From: a virus
Direction: 5' to 3' (one strand)
DNA: 64,000 nt
IMG/VR virus record: IMGVR_UViG_3300046492_000199
Under the pieces are notes generated by a model. That model did no database searches. It had not been told where the DNA came from and saw only the letters and a program-made list of their open reading frames with translations. Of the stretch, positions 12,338 to 23,067 are shown one piece after another; positions within the stretch are counted from its first letter, which is position 1, and each line of letters begins with the position of its first letter. A program made the position numbers and the translations under genes.

Positions 12338-13036
12338 TTATTCCTTGTCCTCCTTAATTTGCAACGGTGTTGCACTATTTTCAGGCCCTTGCAGCGTATT
12401 GATTCCGGCCCTCGTAATGACATTCATCATATAGCCGTGAATCTCTTGCTTCCCCTTTTCGATGGTGTCTTCGACGTATTCACCGAACTGCTTCGCCGCG
12501 AATGGAATGTGATCATCGAGTCTCTTCCGAGCCGACCTGATCTTTGATGAAACTTCATCTGCCTTTTTCTTGGACAGACCAAGCCCATCCACAGCAGCCA
12601 GAGCTTCATCAAGGAAGCGAACCGTTTCGGCCAAGTCTTCGTCAACTTCCATCTTGACAAGCTTGGAGCGCTCCAACGAAGGAATGCCGGGAATTCTTTT
12701 CCCGCCATGTTGAGTCAAGGTGCAAGGCGTACCGTCGCCAATGTTAGGAGCGGAGACGAATGTGGCCCATTGAGACTCAGTCATTGCGACTTCGATATAG
12801 CTCTCACGGCCCATGTGCCAGTCTCGGTTCAAGCTGCGATGAAATTCCGCTCCCTTGATCCGCACCACCATATAGTTATTGTGATGAAAGTCACTGCCGA
12901 ATAGATTTGTATGACCAGAGACGCGACTAGCGCCGATCATGGCGAATGCGGGATGAGACGTGATAGTTTCATCCGGGTTCCACGAGCTTTCACGAGTCTC
13001 AGGCATTGCTTCGTTCGCTCTAGGCTTGGCGTACAT
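12338..13036 (-). CDS. hypothetical phage protein (start likely MYAKPR at 13036)
   Basis: Long ORF; SD AAAGGAGG sits before the ATG at 13036, and the longer start falls inside the leader hairpin. Confidence 0.75.
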   Translation of the reverse strand: MYAKPRANEAMPETRESSWNPDETITSHPAFAMIGASRVSGHTNLFGSDFHHNNYMVVRIKGAEFHRSLNRDWHMGRESYIEVAMTESQWATFVSAPNIGDGTPCTLTQHGGKRIPGIPSLERSKLVKMEVDEDLAETVRFLDEALAAVDGLGLSKKKADEVSSKIRSARKRLDDHIPFAAKQFGEYVEDTIEKGKQEIHGYMMNVITRAGINTLQGPENSATPLQIKEDKE

Positions 13037-13051
13037 CGTAACCTCCTTTAT

Positions 13052-13125
13052 TGTCACTCGCACGTGCGAGGGGCGATTGTTTGTTTCTATGACTTTTTAT
13101 TACAATCATTTTATATCCAAGTCAA
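13052..13125 (-). promoter_or_regulatory. promoter plus bulged-hairpin leader
   Basis: TTGACT(13125-13120)-17-TAATAA; ATCGCCCCTCGC-ACGT-GCGAGTGACA; a related cassette without the hairpin lies at 13500-13556 (TTGACT-17-TAAGGA). Confidence 0.75.
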
Positions 13126-13897
13126 TCGCTTTCTTTAACAGGCTTCAGAATAATTCTGTACTGCTGCAAATAACCTCTACCGTCGCGCATTTCTTCATAC
13201 GACTCGATCCTATCACCGTACATCTCTGTGATTTTATCAGCGTCGATATAGCTCGTTTCGGTATAATTGTGATACACCACAGTTCCGCCTTCAGGCGTTT
13301 CGAGAAGATCGCTCAGACTGCGAGCCACGTCCCGGCTAATCGCTGCGATATGAGCGTCATCGAAGCTGCCCCTATCTTTCCACTGCTTCAGGATTCGATA
13401 AACATCAGCTGGACTAATCTTCGCAACTTCGAATTCTTTCCATCGGGAAAGATCGCGATTCGGTTCTACCACTTCCATCATGTCAAATCTCCTTTATGTA
13501 GGGCAATTACTACGTTTCGTTGACTTATCCTTACATCGCCAAAGTTTTAGAGTCAACAAATTAAATTAACTTAGACCAATCTATTGTCATACGCCCCGCG
13601 CCATCCGTTCCACATCGATTCAAGGTATGGATTAAGATATACCATCCTCTTCCCGGTATAATCCGTGGTTGTTTCTAGATCGTATCCGATACGCCTGACC
13701 CATGCCTCAAACCTTTCCCTAACCAAAGCTTCTTGTTCGTGGTCAACCTTTTTTCGCATCTCGAACCCTCTCCTTCTTCACCCTGACATACCTGTTGAAT
13801 TCCACGTTATGGCAAAAGAACCATAACGTGTTAGAGCCGTAGATTTCAAAAGGCTTGACGACCCAATTCGAACCGTCCCAAAGTTCTAACTGGACAA

Positions 13898-14371
13898 TCA
13901 ATACGCAAACACCGTAACGCCGAACGTGATATCGTAATCAACGTTATGACTGTCAAGCAGTGGCAGAAGATTTACTGCTTTCTCCCGCAACTCAGTGATA
14001 GCATTCTCTTTCACTTGATCAACATCAACGAATAGAAGTGTTTTACCCACATCTTCCCTATCGATATGCCTATTGTATGACGAATCATAATTAGGAATAA
14101 CTAATTCATCTCCATAAGGAAATGTTGTAAACTTCTCGTCATCTTCGTAGCAGTCGTAACCGACATGATCCAAGATTGTGTCAACATCAGTCACTTTAAA
14201 CGCCTTCGTCTTGAAATTTGACACAATCTCTGCTCCACACGTGGCGCAGAACTTAGTGTTACGCTCCGCGTTACAACCGGGGCAAATCTTCCGTTCCGTC
14301 GTCTTCATCATCTCTACCGGCTTATTGAATTTAATAAAAGCTCCGACATAGAATACAACATCAATGCTCAT
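13898..14371 (-). CDS. double zinc-ribbon-containing hypothetical protein
   Basis: CPGCNAERNTKFCATCG. Confidence 0.6.
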   Translation of the reverse strand: MSIDVVFYVGAFIKFNKPVEMMKTTERKICPGCNAERNTKFCATCGAEIVSNFKTKAFKVTDVDTILDHVGYDCYEDDEKFTTFPYGDELVIPNYDSSYNRHIDREDVGKTLLFVDVDQVKENAITELREKAVNLLPLLDSHNVDYDITFGVTVFAY

Positions 14372-14539
14372 TACTCGTCTCCTGTTCCAATCTTACCATC
14401 TCCCGCTGCCATCTCAAGATATAATAGCACAACGCGTCCCGGTTTTGACGAAACGTGAAGTCATCACCGCTAAACATGGCGGCATCAATTTGTTCCGCCG
14501 CGTCATTGAGATACGACATGTCAAACAGTTCACTCATCT

Positions 14540-15175
14540 TCAGTCCCACCTTTCCCACATAGCAAAATTTAAGACACCCTGTTCCAACTCTTCCAACTCA
14601 GTGCTCATATTAACTCTAGCCGGTCCTTCCCATTCCGGGTGATTCCAATATATCCGTGGACTATCAAGCATCTTTTTCAAAAACTTGATCCTCCCTGTCG
14701 TGAATTCAGTAACGGAATAAAAAGACCAATATTCGTGCCAAATCTTAACCCCGTTACAACGATACGTCTCCGTGTCGCGGGCCAGCCCTCTTAGATCATA
14801 ATCGAGAAAGTCTTTGGCCCAAGACGGCAAGTCCTCATTAGCAGGACTGGTATGATCTTTTGACGCTCTGATAGACTCTTCAATTTGAACCTGCTCCGCA
14901 TTCTCGAAACCTGTCTTATGGCTCCAATAAATATCAGCGCTCAATGCTTCGTTATAGGCACAGCAAGGGTAATAGACAATGTCGTGATACAATATCGTCG
15001 CCATTATAGGATCGCCATAGTCATAGCCAGCGTCATATGCCATCCCAATCAAATCAATGATATGATCAAGGTTATGATACTTGCGATGCGGCTCGGAATA
15101 GAGCGCGACAAGCATGTCAACGGCGTGTGACGTGCCATGCTCAACAGCTATTTTCTTAATCAGTTTTGACATCAA
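14540..15175 (-). CDS. HD-superfamily metal-dependent phosphohydrolase
   Basis: YSEPHRKYHNLDHI, ILYHDIVY, NEALSA, FLDYDL, R.KFL..ML motifs. Confidence 0.8.
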   Translation of the reverse strand: MMSKLIKKIAVEHGTSHAVDMLVALYSEPHRKYHNLDHIIDLIGMAYDAGYDYGDPIMATILYHDIVYYPCCAYNEALSADIYWSHKTGFENAEQVQIEESIRASKDHTSPANEDLPSWAKDFLDYDLRGLARDTETYRCNGVKIWHEYWSFYSVTEFTTGRIKFLKKMLDSPRIYWNHPEWEGPARVNMSTELEELEQGVLNFAMWERWD

Positions 15176-15541
15176 AACCCCTCTCTTTCCAAAACTCGTT
15201 AACCGTTTCTACCCACGTCTTGCGCGATGTTTCAGGCTCTTTTTCCCATTCCCTGAACCGCTTCACCGTAGCTTCTCGAAATGCTTGTCGCTCTTCCTCA
15301 GACATTTATCCCTCCTTAAGCGGCGCACCTCGTTTCGCTCTTATAATTAATCATCAAGAATCGCATCTCGGTCCTGACCTTCATCACCGTGCCATAAAAT
15401 CTCATACCACCAGCGGGCCAAGTGATGTACCAATACCCTTTACCCAAAGGTTCTGCTTGAAAAATATTACCATCTTCATCAATCATTTCAATCACGTAAA
15501 GGTCTCTTTCTATTCACAATTTAACTTAAGACCTTTTATGA

Positions 15542-15573
15542 CAAAAGAGCCAGCTAGTCAATGACTAACTGGC
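15542..15573 (-). terminator. intrinsic terminator after the HTH gene pair
   Basis: GCCAGTTAGTCA-T-TGACTAGCTGGC stem followed by TCTTTTGT. Confidence 0.6.
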
Positions 15574-15588
15574 CCAATTTAAGTGATT

Positions 15589-15843
15589 TTATCTACGTCG
15601 AACCGGTTTCAACTCATATCCCAACATTCGATACGCCATCTGGATCGTGACGCCCATCGGCCTTCGAGTCGTGCCGTCTTGGATGTTCTTGATCGTGGCG
15701 GGTGCGAGACCTGACGTATTGGCCTTGGCGTAGAAAGACCGACGATCTAACACGAGTTCGGCACGTAGCTTGGTCAGGAGTGGATCGATATCTGGTTTAA
15801 CCGGCCTATTGGCGGACCACTTCACCTTGCGTGGTTTCGCCAT
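15589..15843 (-). CDS. small HTH (XRE-like) DNA-binding protein
   Basis: SFYAKANTSGLAPATIKNIQDGTTRRPMGVTIQMAYRMLGYEL. Confidence 0.6.
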   Translation of the reverse strand: MAKPRKVKWSANRPVKPDIDPLLTKLRAELVLDRRSFYAKANTSGLAPATIKNIQDGTTRRPMGVTIQMAYRMLGYELKPVRRR

Positions 15844-16212
15844 CTATTCGTCTCCCACTTGGTGGCCAAGGATCACGACCACGTTCTGCAACGACTTGAT
15901 CTTGGTATAAGCGTCTTCCAGCTTGCCCATCAAGTCTTCCCTGACCGTAACAAGTGACATGATCTCTTGCCTAGCCATGCCTAACTCGTCATGAGTGACG
16001 GCGGTTGAACCAGCCCTATCACCCTGAGCCGCTGTGACCCTTTTTCTCTTCGTTCCACCGCCATGCTTGTCGTGGTACTGCTTCACCCAATACGCTATAG
16101 TGCTAGGCGGTAGGTTAACACTGGCGGCATATTTCTCTTGACTAACTCCTGATTCGAGTTGCGCCTTGGCATGGCGCATCCTTTCCTCTGTAGGTAGGAC
16201 TGATCTTCCCAT
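15844..16212 (-). CDS. HTH DNA-binding protein with C-terminal coiled coil
   Basis: SGVSQEKYAASVNLPPSTIAYWVKQY followed by a heptad-rich helix. Confidence 0.6.
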   Translation of the reverse strand: MGRSVLPTEERMRHAKAQLESGVSQEKYAASVNLPPSTIAYWVKQYHDKHGGGTKRKRVTAAQGDRAGSTAVTHDELGMARQEIMSLVTVREDLMGKLEDAYTKIKSLQNVVVILGHQVGDE

Positions 16213-16286
16213 TGCGTCTAACTCCTAAGACTGTTACGCGACTCTAGGAGTACAGCAAGAGTTAAGGCAATGCAACTGGCGCGAGC

Positions 16287-17285
16287 CTATTTTCTATCCG
16301 TGACTTCATAGCTTTTAGAGACGTAGCCTAGGCCTGCATCACCTCTGTAATGCGACTCCTTAAACACTCTTCTCCCGCCACAGTGTTTGCATCCCCAACG
16401 CGCTATGTCGTGTCCCGCCCTATCCATGTCTCTCTTAGACTGCGTCTCGTTTTTGTACGTCAGCCATTCATGGTCGCAAGACGTGGACACGTCGTAATGG
16501 ACAAAGTGCCCCCTCACTTCATGGCGGCGCATATGAATCTCTGTGCCGCGAGCCAAACGGCGCAACGTGATGGGATCGTTGCTGATATCTATCGATACGA
16601 CAGAGTGAGCGCCATAAGTCCTCATGCGACCACCTACGATTTTTCGCCTCGGCCCAACATCTGTAAGCCTAACTTCTTTTCGTTGGTTCAAGAGAAGGAC
16701 AGAAGCAAGGGCGCGCTTCAGCGTCCCGGCACACTCATAGACCATTTTTTCAAACATTTCGCGTGGTATATCTTTGATCAGTGAGAAATCCCAAATGTCA
16801 GTGATCCGGGTCGAAAATCGATCCACGTCCACTTTCAAATCGTCAGAGACTTGACCCACGAGCAAATGCTTTTTGAGTACGTCGTAATCGGCGGGAAGAC
16901 CTTCGATATTATCTTTTACATGATGATATACGAAAGGCGTGAACATTGCGTTCTTTTCGTCGCCCGAGATACAATAAATATCCCCTGTCTCAACGAACCA
17001 AAATCCCAAACGCTTAGCCGCATCGGTATAAGGTGTTTGGAATTGATTGATGGAAGAGATATTGTCAATCTCGATATAGGTATTAGGGTATGGAGTGATG
17101 GCGAATTGAGACTGCTGACACACAATGTCGGCACATGTGACAGAGAAATTGCCATGACATGCAGAAGCTGCCGCGTCGAATACGAATCGTTTCGTAACAT
17201 GGCGAAGCTGAGACAGGATTTGATTAGTTGTTTTGGTCAACATCAAATCACTGGATTTGCCGAACATGGCTGTCTCAAGAATCAT
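16287..17285 (-). CDS. hypothetical phage protein with RRHEVRGH motif and Cys/His cluster
   Basis: 332-aa ORF; MRRHEVRGHF..CDHEW..CKHCG..HYRGD. Confidence 0.7.
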   Translation of the reverse strand: MILETAMFGKSSDLMLTKTTNQILSQLRHVTKRFVFDAAASACHGNFSVTCADIVCQQSQFAITPYPNTYIEIDNISSINQFQTPYTDAAKRLGFWFVETGDIYCISGDEKNAMFTPFVYHHVKDNIEGLPADYDVLKKHLLVGQVSDDLKVDVDRFSTRITDIWDFSLIKDIPREMFEKMVYECAGTLKRALASVLLLNQRKEVRLTDVGPRRKIVGGRMRTYGAHSVVSIDISNDPITLRRLARGTEIHMRRHEVRGHFVHYDVSTSCDHEWLTYKNETQSKRDMDRAGHDIARWGCKHCGGRRVFKESHYRGDAGLGYVSKSYEVTDRK

Positions 17286-17295
17286 AGCGGCCTCC

Positions 17296-17682
17296 TTATT
17301 TCCTAACCCTACCTAACATTCTCAACCCACGCTCACCAAAATTTTGCCTCACGATTTTTTTCACCAACTTCTTGTCGCCCTTAACATTCTTGACGATCTT
17401 CGCTATGGCATGAACCACGTATCTATTGGTTGTCTTCAACCAAGCCGTCTCTACCGGACCGAATCGTCTGCTATATCTTTTAAAAGTTTCAGCTTCGATA
17501 ATGCTACCTTTTTCTTGGTTACATGTGACACAACATGGGACAAGGTTGGCTATACCATCCCCTCCACCTTGCCTCCTAGGCTTCTTGTGATCCGAAGATT
17601 CATTAGGACGTGTGTCACAGTAAAAGCAAAGCTTATACCGTTTCCTTATAAGGCTTTTATTCCTATCAAATTGTCCGCTCAA
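17296..17682 (-). CDS. HNH endonuclease
   Basis: CFYC..SSDHKKPRRQGGGDGIANLVPCCVTCNQEKG. Confidence 0.85.
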   Translation of the reverse strand: MSGQFDRNKSLIRKRYKLCFYCDTRPNESSDHKKPRRQGGGDGIANLVPCCVTCNQEKGSIIEAETFKRYSRRFGPVETAWLKTTNRYVVHAIAKIVKNVKGDKKLVKKIVRQNFGERGLRMLGRVRK

Positions 17683-17690
17683 GATTTATC

Positions 17691-20600
17691 TCACCACTCA
17701 TAGTCAGAAAGGTAGGGTGCGGTACGGCCCGCCACGCCTTGGACCGGCTCATCACCCTCTAGATAAACATCACAGCCCGCCGCTTTCTTCTGATCCATGA
17801 AACGTGATGCGAGACTCTTGTAATGAAAATCTGCCGTCCTAACCGGATCGCCCTTGTGTTTGTAATGAACTTTGTACCCCATGACACACCCTCCTATCTC
17901 TTCGCCATCAGACCTTCATCAAGAAAATCGTCATCGATTTCTGCCCCGATATCGGTTAGCACATCAACCATTTCGAGAATCAGCAAGCGGCGCGCGTTAT
18001 GCTCCTCAGCGCCGAGACTGTCGTCATGAATTGATTCGCAAGCCTCGCGAAAATCCTTCAACGTGTTACGAAACTTGCAATAAGACATGTTGGACATTCA
18101 ATTTCTCCTCTTAAAATGTTTGACAACTTTTTATTACATCATCATCGAAGCCATGTCAATACGTTCCTCTGAAGTAATTTCAGAGACCTAATGTGCGTTG
18201 CCCTTTGGCAAGTTTGACATAATAATGATCCATCCAATATGCTGTGAACATCAAGCCATCATCGCAAATATACATTTGCATGTTACGCCATGTGAATTGA
18301 TTCAACACGTTCATTATTCAGAAATCTCAGCCGTGACGTTGTAAATACCCGTCAGGTTATCCCTGTAGTCATACATCGGACTAGACTTCAGCGAAACAGT
18401 TTTCATCTCAGGATATTTCACCTTCATCGCGGCGAGCAGTGCTTCCTTGATCTCTGTTTCGTTCAATTCAATTTTTAGTTTAGCCATTTTATTCCTTCAC
18501 CTTATTCATCTCATCCATCACATCAGCGAGACGATACAACTCCTCCCTCGCCATGGCTTTACCTTCATTCGTACCGTTTTCCAATGCGGCGATGATGTAG
18601 TACATAGATTTGCGCCACGAAGGAGTGAAATCGATAGTACCTACCTGAACCACCTTTTTATTTTCCACTTCTTTTTTCATAACTCACACCCTCCTTTTAA
18701 TAATCTGTCTTCATTTTCTTAAATGTATCACATAAGACTTCAGCGATCAAGACAAAACAATGGTCATGAAGACCATCTTCCTTATCATCACCCTCGATGA
18801 TTTCCTGCCTCACCCGTTCCGCTTCTTCCAGCGTGTCGCAGAGATGGATCGAAGGATAATAAGGGCGCTGGAACGCTACGACAAATTTCTTCATTATCTT
18901 ACTTCCCCGCCGAGGCCAAACGTTCGTCCCACGACTCGAACTTAGCCTGAACAAAATCTTGGGACACGTTGTGGCCATTCTCTTCGAAAACGAAATCGCC
19001 GGTATCGAAATCAACGGTGCAGGAAATGACATTCTTCTTGTCAAACGGAGAATGAACTTCCGAATAACCATCTTCTTCAGCATTTGCGCTGCAAATCAGA
19101 TCGACGGCTTTAAAGCTTTTGACGTACCGCATCTTCGATTCTCCTCTTCATACTCGGATGAGCATATATTGCACCGCCAGCTTGTAAAATGCAAGCCTCC
19201 ATAACGAATTCAGAGCCATATCTCTTTATTAATTTTTTAAAAATCCGTTTACTGCGATGTTTCGAATATGGAAAATTCCTTGCCTCAGTCGGCTGCACCG
19301 CTGCTGCGGTATAATAAATTTTTAAACCGTTAAATTTGTCCGCCACGCTACCGGGATAATAGCCATAATCGTTATAAGGTAGATACACGACGTGCTTCCT
19401 TTATCAACCAGACCAGATAAGCCATGGCGGGCCAGTTGCAACTAAGGAATACTAAGACCCACTCCTTGTTAACCGAGAACACCAATAAAGGCATAAAGAT
19501 GGTGAAATAAAACAACAGAAGAGTAATTAGAATTCCCAATACTATCTTATTCATTCGCGGCGCACTCCGCAACAACTTCATCAAACAGTGGCCCGCCGAT
19601 GAGATGGACTATATCACCACCATGAGCGAAACTAGGGCTCGTGGCTTCTGATTCGACATAGGAATAGCCTATACCGGGAACAACGTCGAAAGTTTCTGCT
19701 TCTTTTTTAACTTTCAGAGCGATTTCGAGTTGGAGACAGTAGCTCCATGTCGCGCTGCGTCCATCTATGTCAGAGGTATAAAGTCCCGGAAAGATAAAAC
19801 GATTACCCTTCTGATCCACGAATACTGGAAATTTATACACCGCGATCCTCCAATTCTTTATAATCTACCATAGCTCTGTAGGCATAGCCCCACGATCCAC
19901 CGCCTGCTTCATATTCTTCTGTAGGCGAGACAGACATTATATCGCTTTGCTTCTGCCAATACGCAAGACTCATAGCGTTAAGCATTCTCTGAGAAGGTTC
20001 GAGCGGAACAATGGCATAGCCCATCTCGTTAAGAATATGGCGCAAATTATTAATATCTTTGATTTGATTCTCGTCAAACAGCCTGATGGGTTTGCGATGT
20101 TCCGGCAATGTGCTCCAATGTGTGGCAAAACTATCAGCCGTGATATCTCCGACTATATATTCGGCGTAATAAGCTTTGACCACCATCCCCATGTAACGCT
20201 CCCCGTTCATGGCGCGACCGTCTTCTGTTAAGTTTGTGGCAAACATTTCCATAGTTACGGATACTCCCTAGGCACAGCGTTGATGCGAATCTGCTCCTTA
20301 AGCCACCACTGATATGACCTAACCAAATTATAACGAATATATTCTTCACACACTTCTTCTGTCATATCCGCTTCAAGTCTGCTATAGCAGATGGAATAAT
20401 CATCGGGCCTGTCCCACGCCCTGCACCAAACCCTGAAGCCACCGGGACGCCCTGTAACTCTGATTTGATACCTGTCGCGAACCTGTTCAAATTCTACTGG
20501 AAATTCAGGTAGAACGGTGAGCATAGGCTCAGTCTGTTGTTGAACTATTTTCTTTTTAAAAGGCCAAAACATTACGCCGCAATCCCCGTCATGAAAAGCA

Positions 20601-21738
20601 TAGCACTGATCCACGTAGCGGTAAGACCGAGAAAAATAGCAATGAAGACAAACTTAGCTCCGAGGGTCATATCGGTGCCGCGAGCTAATAGATCATCGCG
20701 GAGCACCGTGACGCGATGAAACATGTAGAACTTAGTTATGACACAGGTTAGGCCGATGAGTTGGAGAAATAAAATCTTCATGCATTTTCCTCCACATATG
20801 ATTCAAGCTCTGCCTCGGCCCAAAGACATGCCGCGCCATCGTCACAGGAGAATGTCTTATATGGAAATAGATATTGATCCGCCACATATTCTTCGACCGT
20901 CATCACGCCATAACCCTTTAGGTCTGGATCATAGCTGTGTGTATCGATGTAGCGTTGACTGACAATGACCTTGTCGCCTGTTTTGAACTTGCTCATTTTA
21001 TTAAAACCTTTCAAACGAATTTCTGATACTGAAAATTAGAGCAGTCACTGCCACAAAATCAAACACGTCCCGGCTTGGATTTATCTCATTGATAAAGCTG
21101 AACCATACCATAAGAACAACAGTGGCGATGACAGCTATAACAGACAGCCCAATTTCCTTAAGCATTTATTAAAACCCCTCTAAAACTAAATGAACTCTAA
21201 ATCACCTTATTATGATTTAGAGTCCAAGTCAATCACTTTCTGTTATGATTTGCTGATCGCGTCTCGCACAGCTTCGACCAATGTGTCACCTATGCCAAGC
21301 GTGTTCAAGTGCTTCGCCGTAACAACGTATTGATCCATTTCTTCCCATATCACGAATGAACCGTGATCCTCGGCCAACTCAATGATGCAACCATTGACTA
21401 CATCTATCTTGACATAAGAGCCGAATTCTGTATCCCGGCCCTCTTCGTAGACCGATTCGACCATCTCTGGTACGGTAACATATTCATCCATGGCATGACT
21501 CCTTCTGCTACTCCAAGCTCATGTGACCGTTACACCCAACCAACGTTCCTATCCGACCAAGGTTCCATTCATAGTTGCCTATCCCTGTCACGACTGGTTT
21601 GCCTAGGTCGGCCATCTCTAGCCCTGCCGCTCTCAGATCAATGCTGAATTGGAGATTTGAATGTAGCCTCGCCTTGTTGCGAATCGCGATGAATTTCCTG
21701 ATATTCTTGGTGTTAAGCATCACTAATCCTTGTCCCAT
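17691..21738 (-). other. array of small hypothetical ORFs
   Basis: Abutting minus-strand ORFs; promoters TTGACA-17-TAATAA (18159-18131) and TTGACT-17-TAAGGT (21232-21204). Confidence 0.7.
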
Positions 21739-22219
21739 CCGGCTTCAGCCTAACACCCTCGCCCGTTCCATCGCATGGATGATGACCGTGCACCGCGAAA
21801 TATTTATCTCGCTTAATGATTTTCCCCTTGACAAGGAATCCCCAACGAAACATTGGTGCGCCAGTGATGAGAAAGGTCCACGTATTACGTTTGACGTTTT
21901 GAACTGAATGCATATGATCCGCAGCACGATAGCGAATCATTCCGGCCCTCATCCGCTCCACGTCTTTGACGAGAACTGCGCCCTCAATGGTTTCATAGGT
22001 CACATCGTCATAGCCGCCACGCAGCACGACAGTAACGAACCAATAAGGATGATTGTGAGGGTGACGGTGATCGTCATCCCCGAGCCATTGGTGAAGCCTC
22101 ACGCTCCACTTCTTGAACAGAACAGCCCATAGCCGGAAATATGGACATTCGGGAAGACCACCGGCACGGTTCCAGATGATTTTCATCTCAGCGTTCCAGA
22201 TAGTCGCGAGCCTCGCCAA
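21713..22219 (-). CDS. cupin-fold protein
   Basis: LHQW..DDDHRHPHNHPYWFVTVVLRGGY.D..HSVQ..TWTFLITG metal-binding His pattern. Confidence 0.65.
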   Translation of the reverse strand: MARLATIWNAEMKIIWNRAGGLPECPYFRLWAVLFKKWSVRLHQWLGDDDHRHPHNHPYWFVTVVLRGGYDDVTYETIEGAVLVKDVERMRAGMIRYRAADHMHSVQNVKRNTWTFLITGAPMFRWGFLVKGKIIKRDKYFAVHGHHPCDGTGEGVRLKPDGTRISDA

Positions 22220-22324
22220 AGCTCATCTCGAAATCGAAGACAAGGGCTTGCATCGCCTCTGTCATGAAAATATCGCCATTCTTGTAGCTGGCTTTGACTT
22301 GACGCTTTGTCACATTGATCTCCT

Positions 22325-22789
22325 TTAAATTTTGTCCCAAACAGCGATAACCGCTTCGATGTAGCTATTATCTATCACAAACGTTTCACGAGGTAAATGA
22401 TAAAACCTTACATCATGGAGAATCTTACAAATTTCGTCACGGTATGCGGCATGGAGCAGAGCGACAAGTCTTCCACCCTCTGCAAGCTGAGACGCGGCAT
22501 GACTGACATGCGTGACGCAATTACGATGGGGTGGATTCATAACGACTCGGTCGAACAGATTGTCAAACTTTTGACATAGGAAATTGGTGTTCAAACATTC
22601 CACCGATGGATGTGAATCTATCAAATCAGCAAACATCTTCTTATTAAGTTCTATCGCCGTGATGTAGCGAGCGTGAACCTCAAGAGCTTCCACGATAGCA
22701 CCAATTCCGGCACTAGGTTCAAGCACTCTGTCATGAATTGTGATATCCGCAAGCGCGGCCATATCGGCGGCGAGCCACGACGGCGTCAT
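22325..22789 (-). CDS. class I SAM-dependent amino-methyltransferase (in-frame upstream ATG at 22912 lies inside the ncRNA)
   Basis: Motif I VLEPSAGIGAI, motif II AIELN, motif IV VVMNPPH. Confidence 0.8.
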   Translation of the reverse strand: MTPSWLAADMAALADITIHDRVLEPSAGIGAIVEALEVHARYITAIELNKKMFADLIDSHPSVECLNTNFLCQKFDNLFDRVVMNPPHRNCVTHVSHAASQLAEGGRLVALLHAAYRDEICKILHDVRFYHLPRETFVIDNSYIEAVIAVWDKI

Positions 22790-22803
22790 GGTCGCAAGCA
22801 ATT

Positions 22804-23027
22804 TGGTCCGGGGTGATGGGCTCGAACCACCGACACCTGTAGTTTCGTCCCTTATCCCCTTCAAATCATCTCCAACACTACTAGGGCCGGTTCTTGAGTT
22901 AATTACGCTCATTACTACATTCCTTTCATATCATTGATTCATTTAAGGTTCAATTCATTCCTGTCGGTGATCAAGCCGGTCGAAATGAATCAGGCTAACA
23001 GTGCTCTACCAACTGAGCTAACCCCAG
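22804..23027 (-). ncRNA. tRNA-like RNA B (224 nt) with a 155-nt insert replacing the anticodon loop
   Basis: Acceptor CTGGGGT/ACCCCGG plus ACCA; D-arm GCTC-AGTTGGTA-GAGC; anticodon stem CTGT(T)/(T)ACAG; variable GTGTC; T-arm GGTGG-TTCGAGC-CCATC; insert 22842-22996. Confidence 0.85.
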
Positions 23028-23067
23028 AAATCTTCTTCAACCGTGGTTGAGGAAGCTTTATGTAATT

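Larger units (their letters stand above)
2215..14371 (-). other. array of about 30 small co-oriented hypothetical phage ORFs broken up by repeated promoters (early/host-takeover-like region)
   Basis: Abutting minus-strand ORFs with GGAG-type SD motifs; plus-strand ORFs here are shadows. Confidence 0.75.

Noticed and set aside
15844-16212. Transposase or IS element (HTH resembles IS3 OrfA)
   Set aside because: No DDE catalytic ORF, terminal inverted repeats or target duplication nearby.
22842-22996. Hammerhead ribozyme in the RNA B insert (GGACGAAAC, and TGTAGTA could form stem III)
   Set aside because: No CUGANGA core followed by a stem-II strand complementary to GGAC in the required order; CTGATTC is the wrong sequence and in the wrong place.
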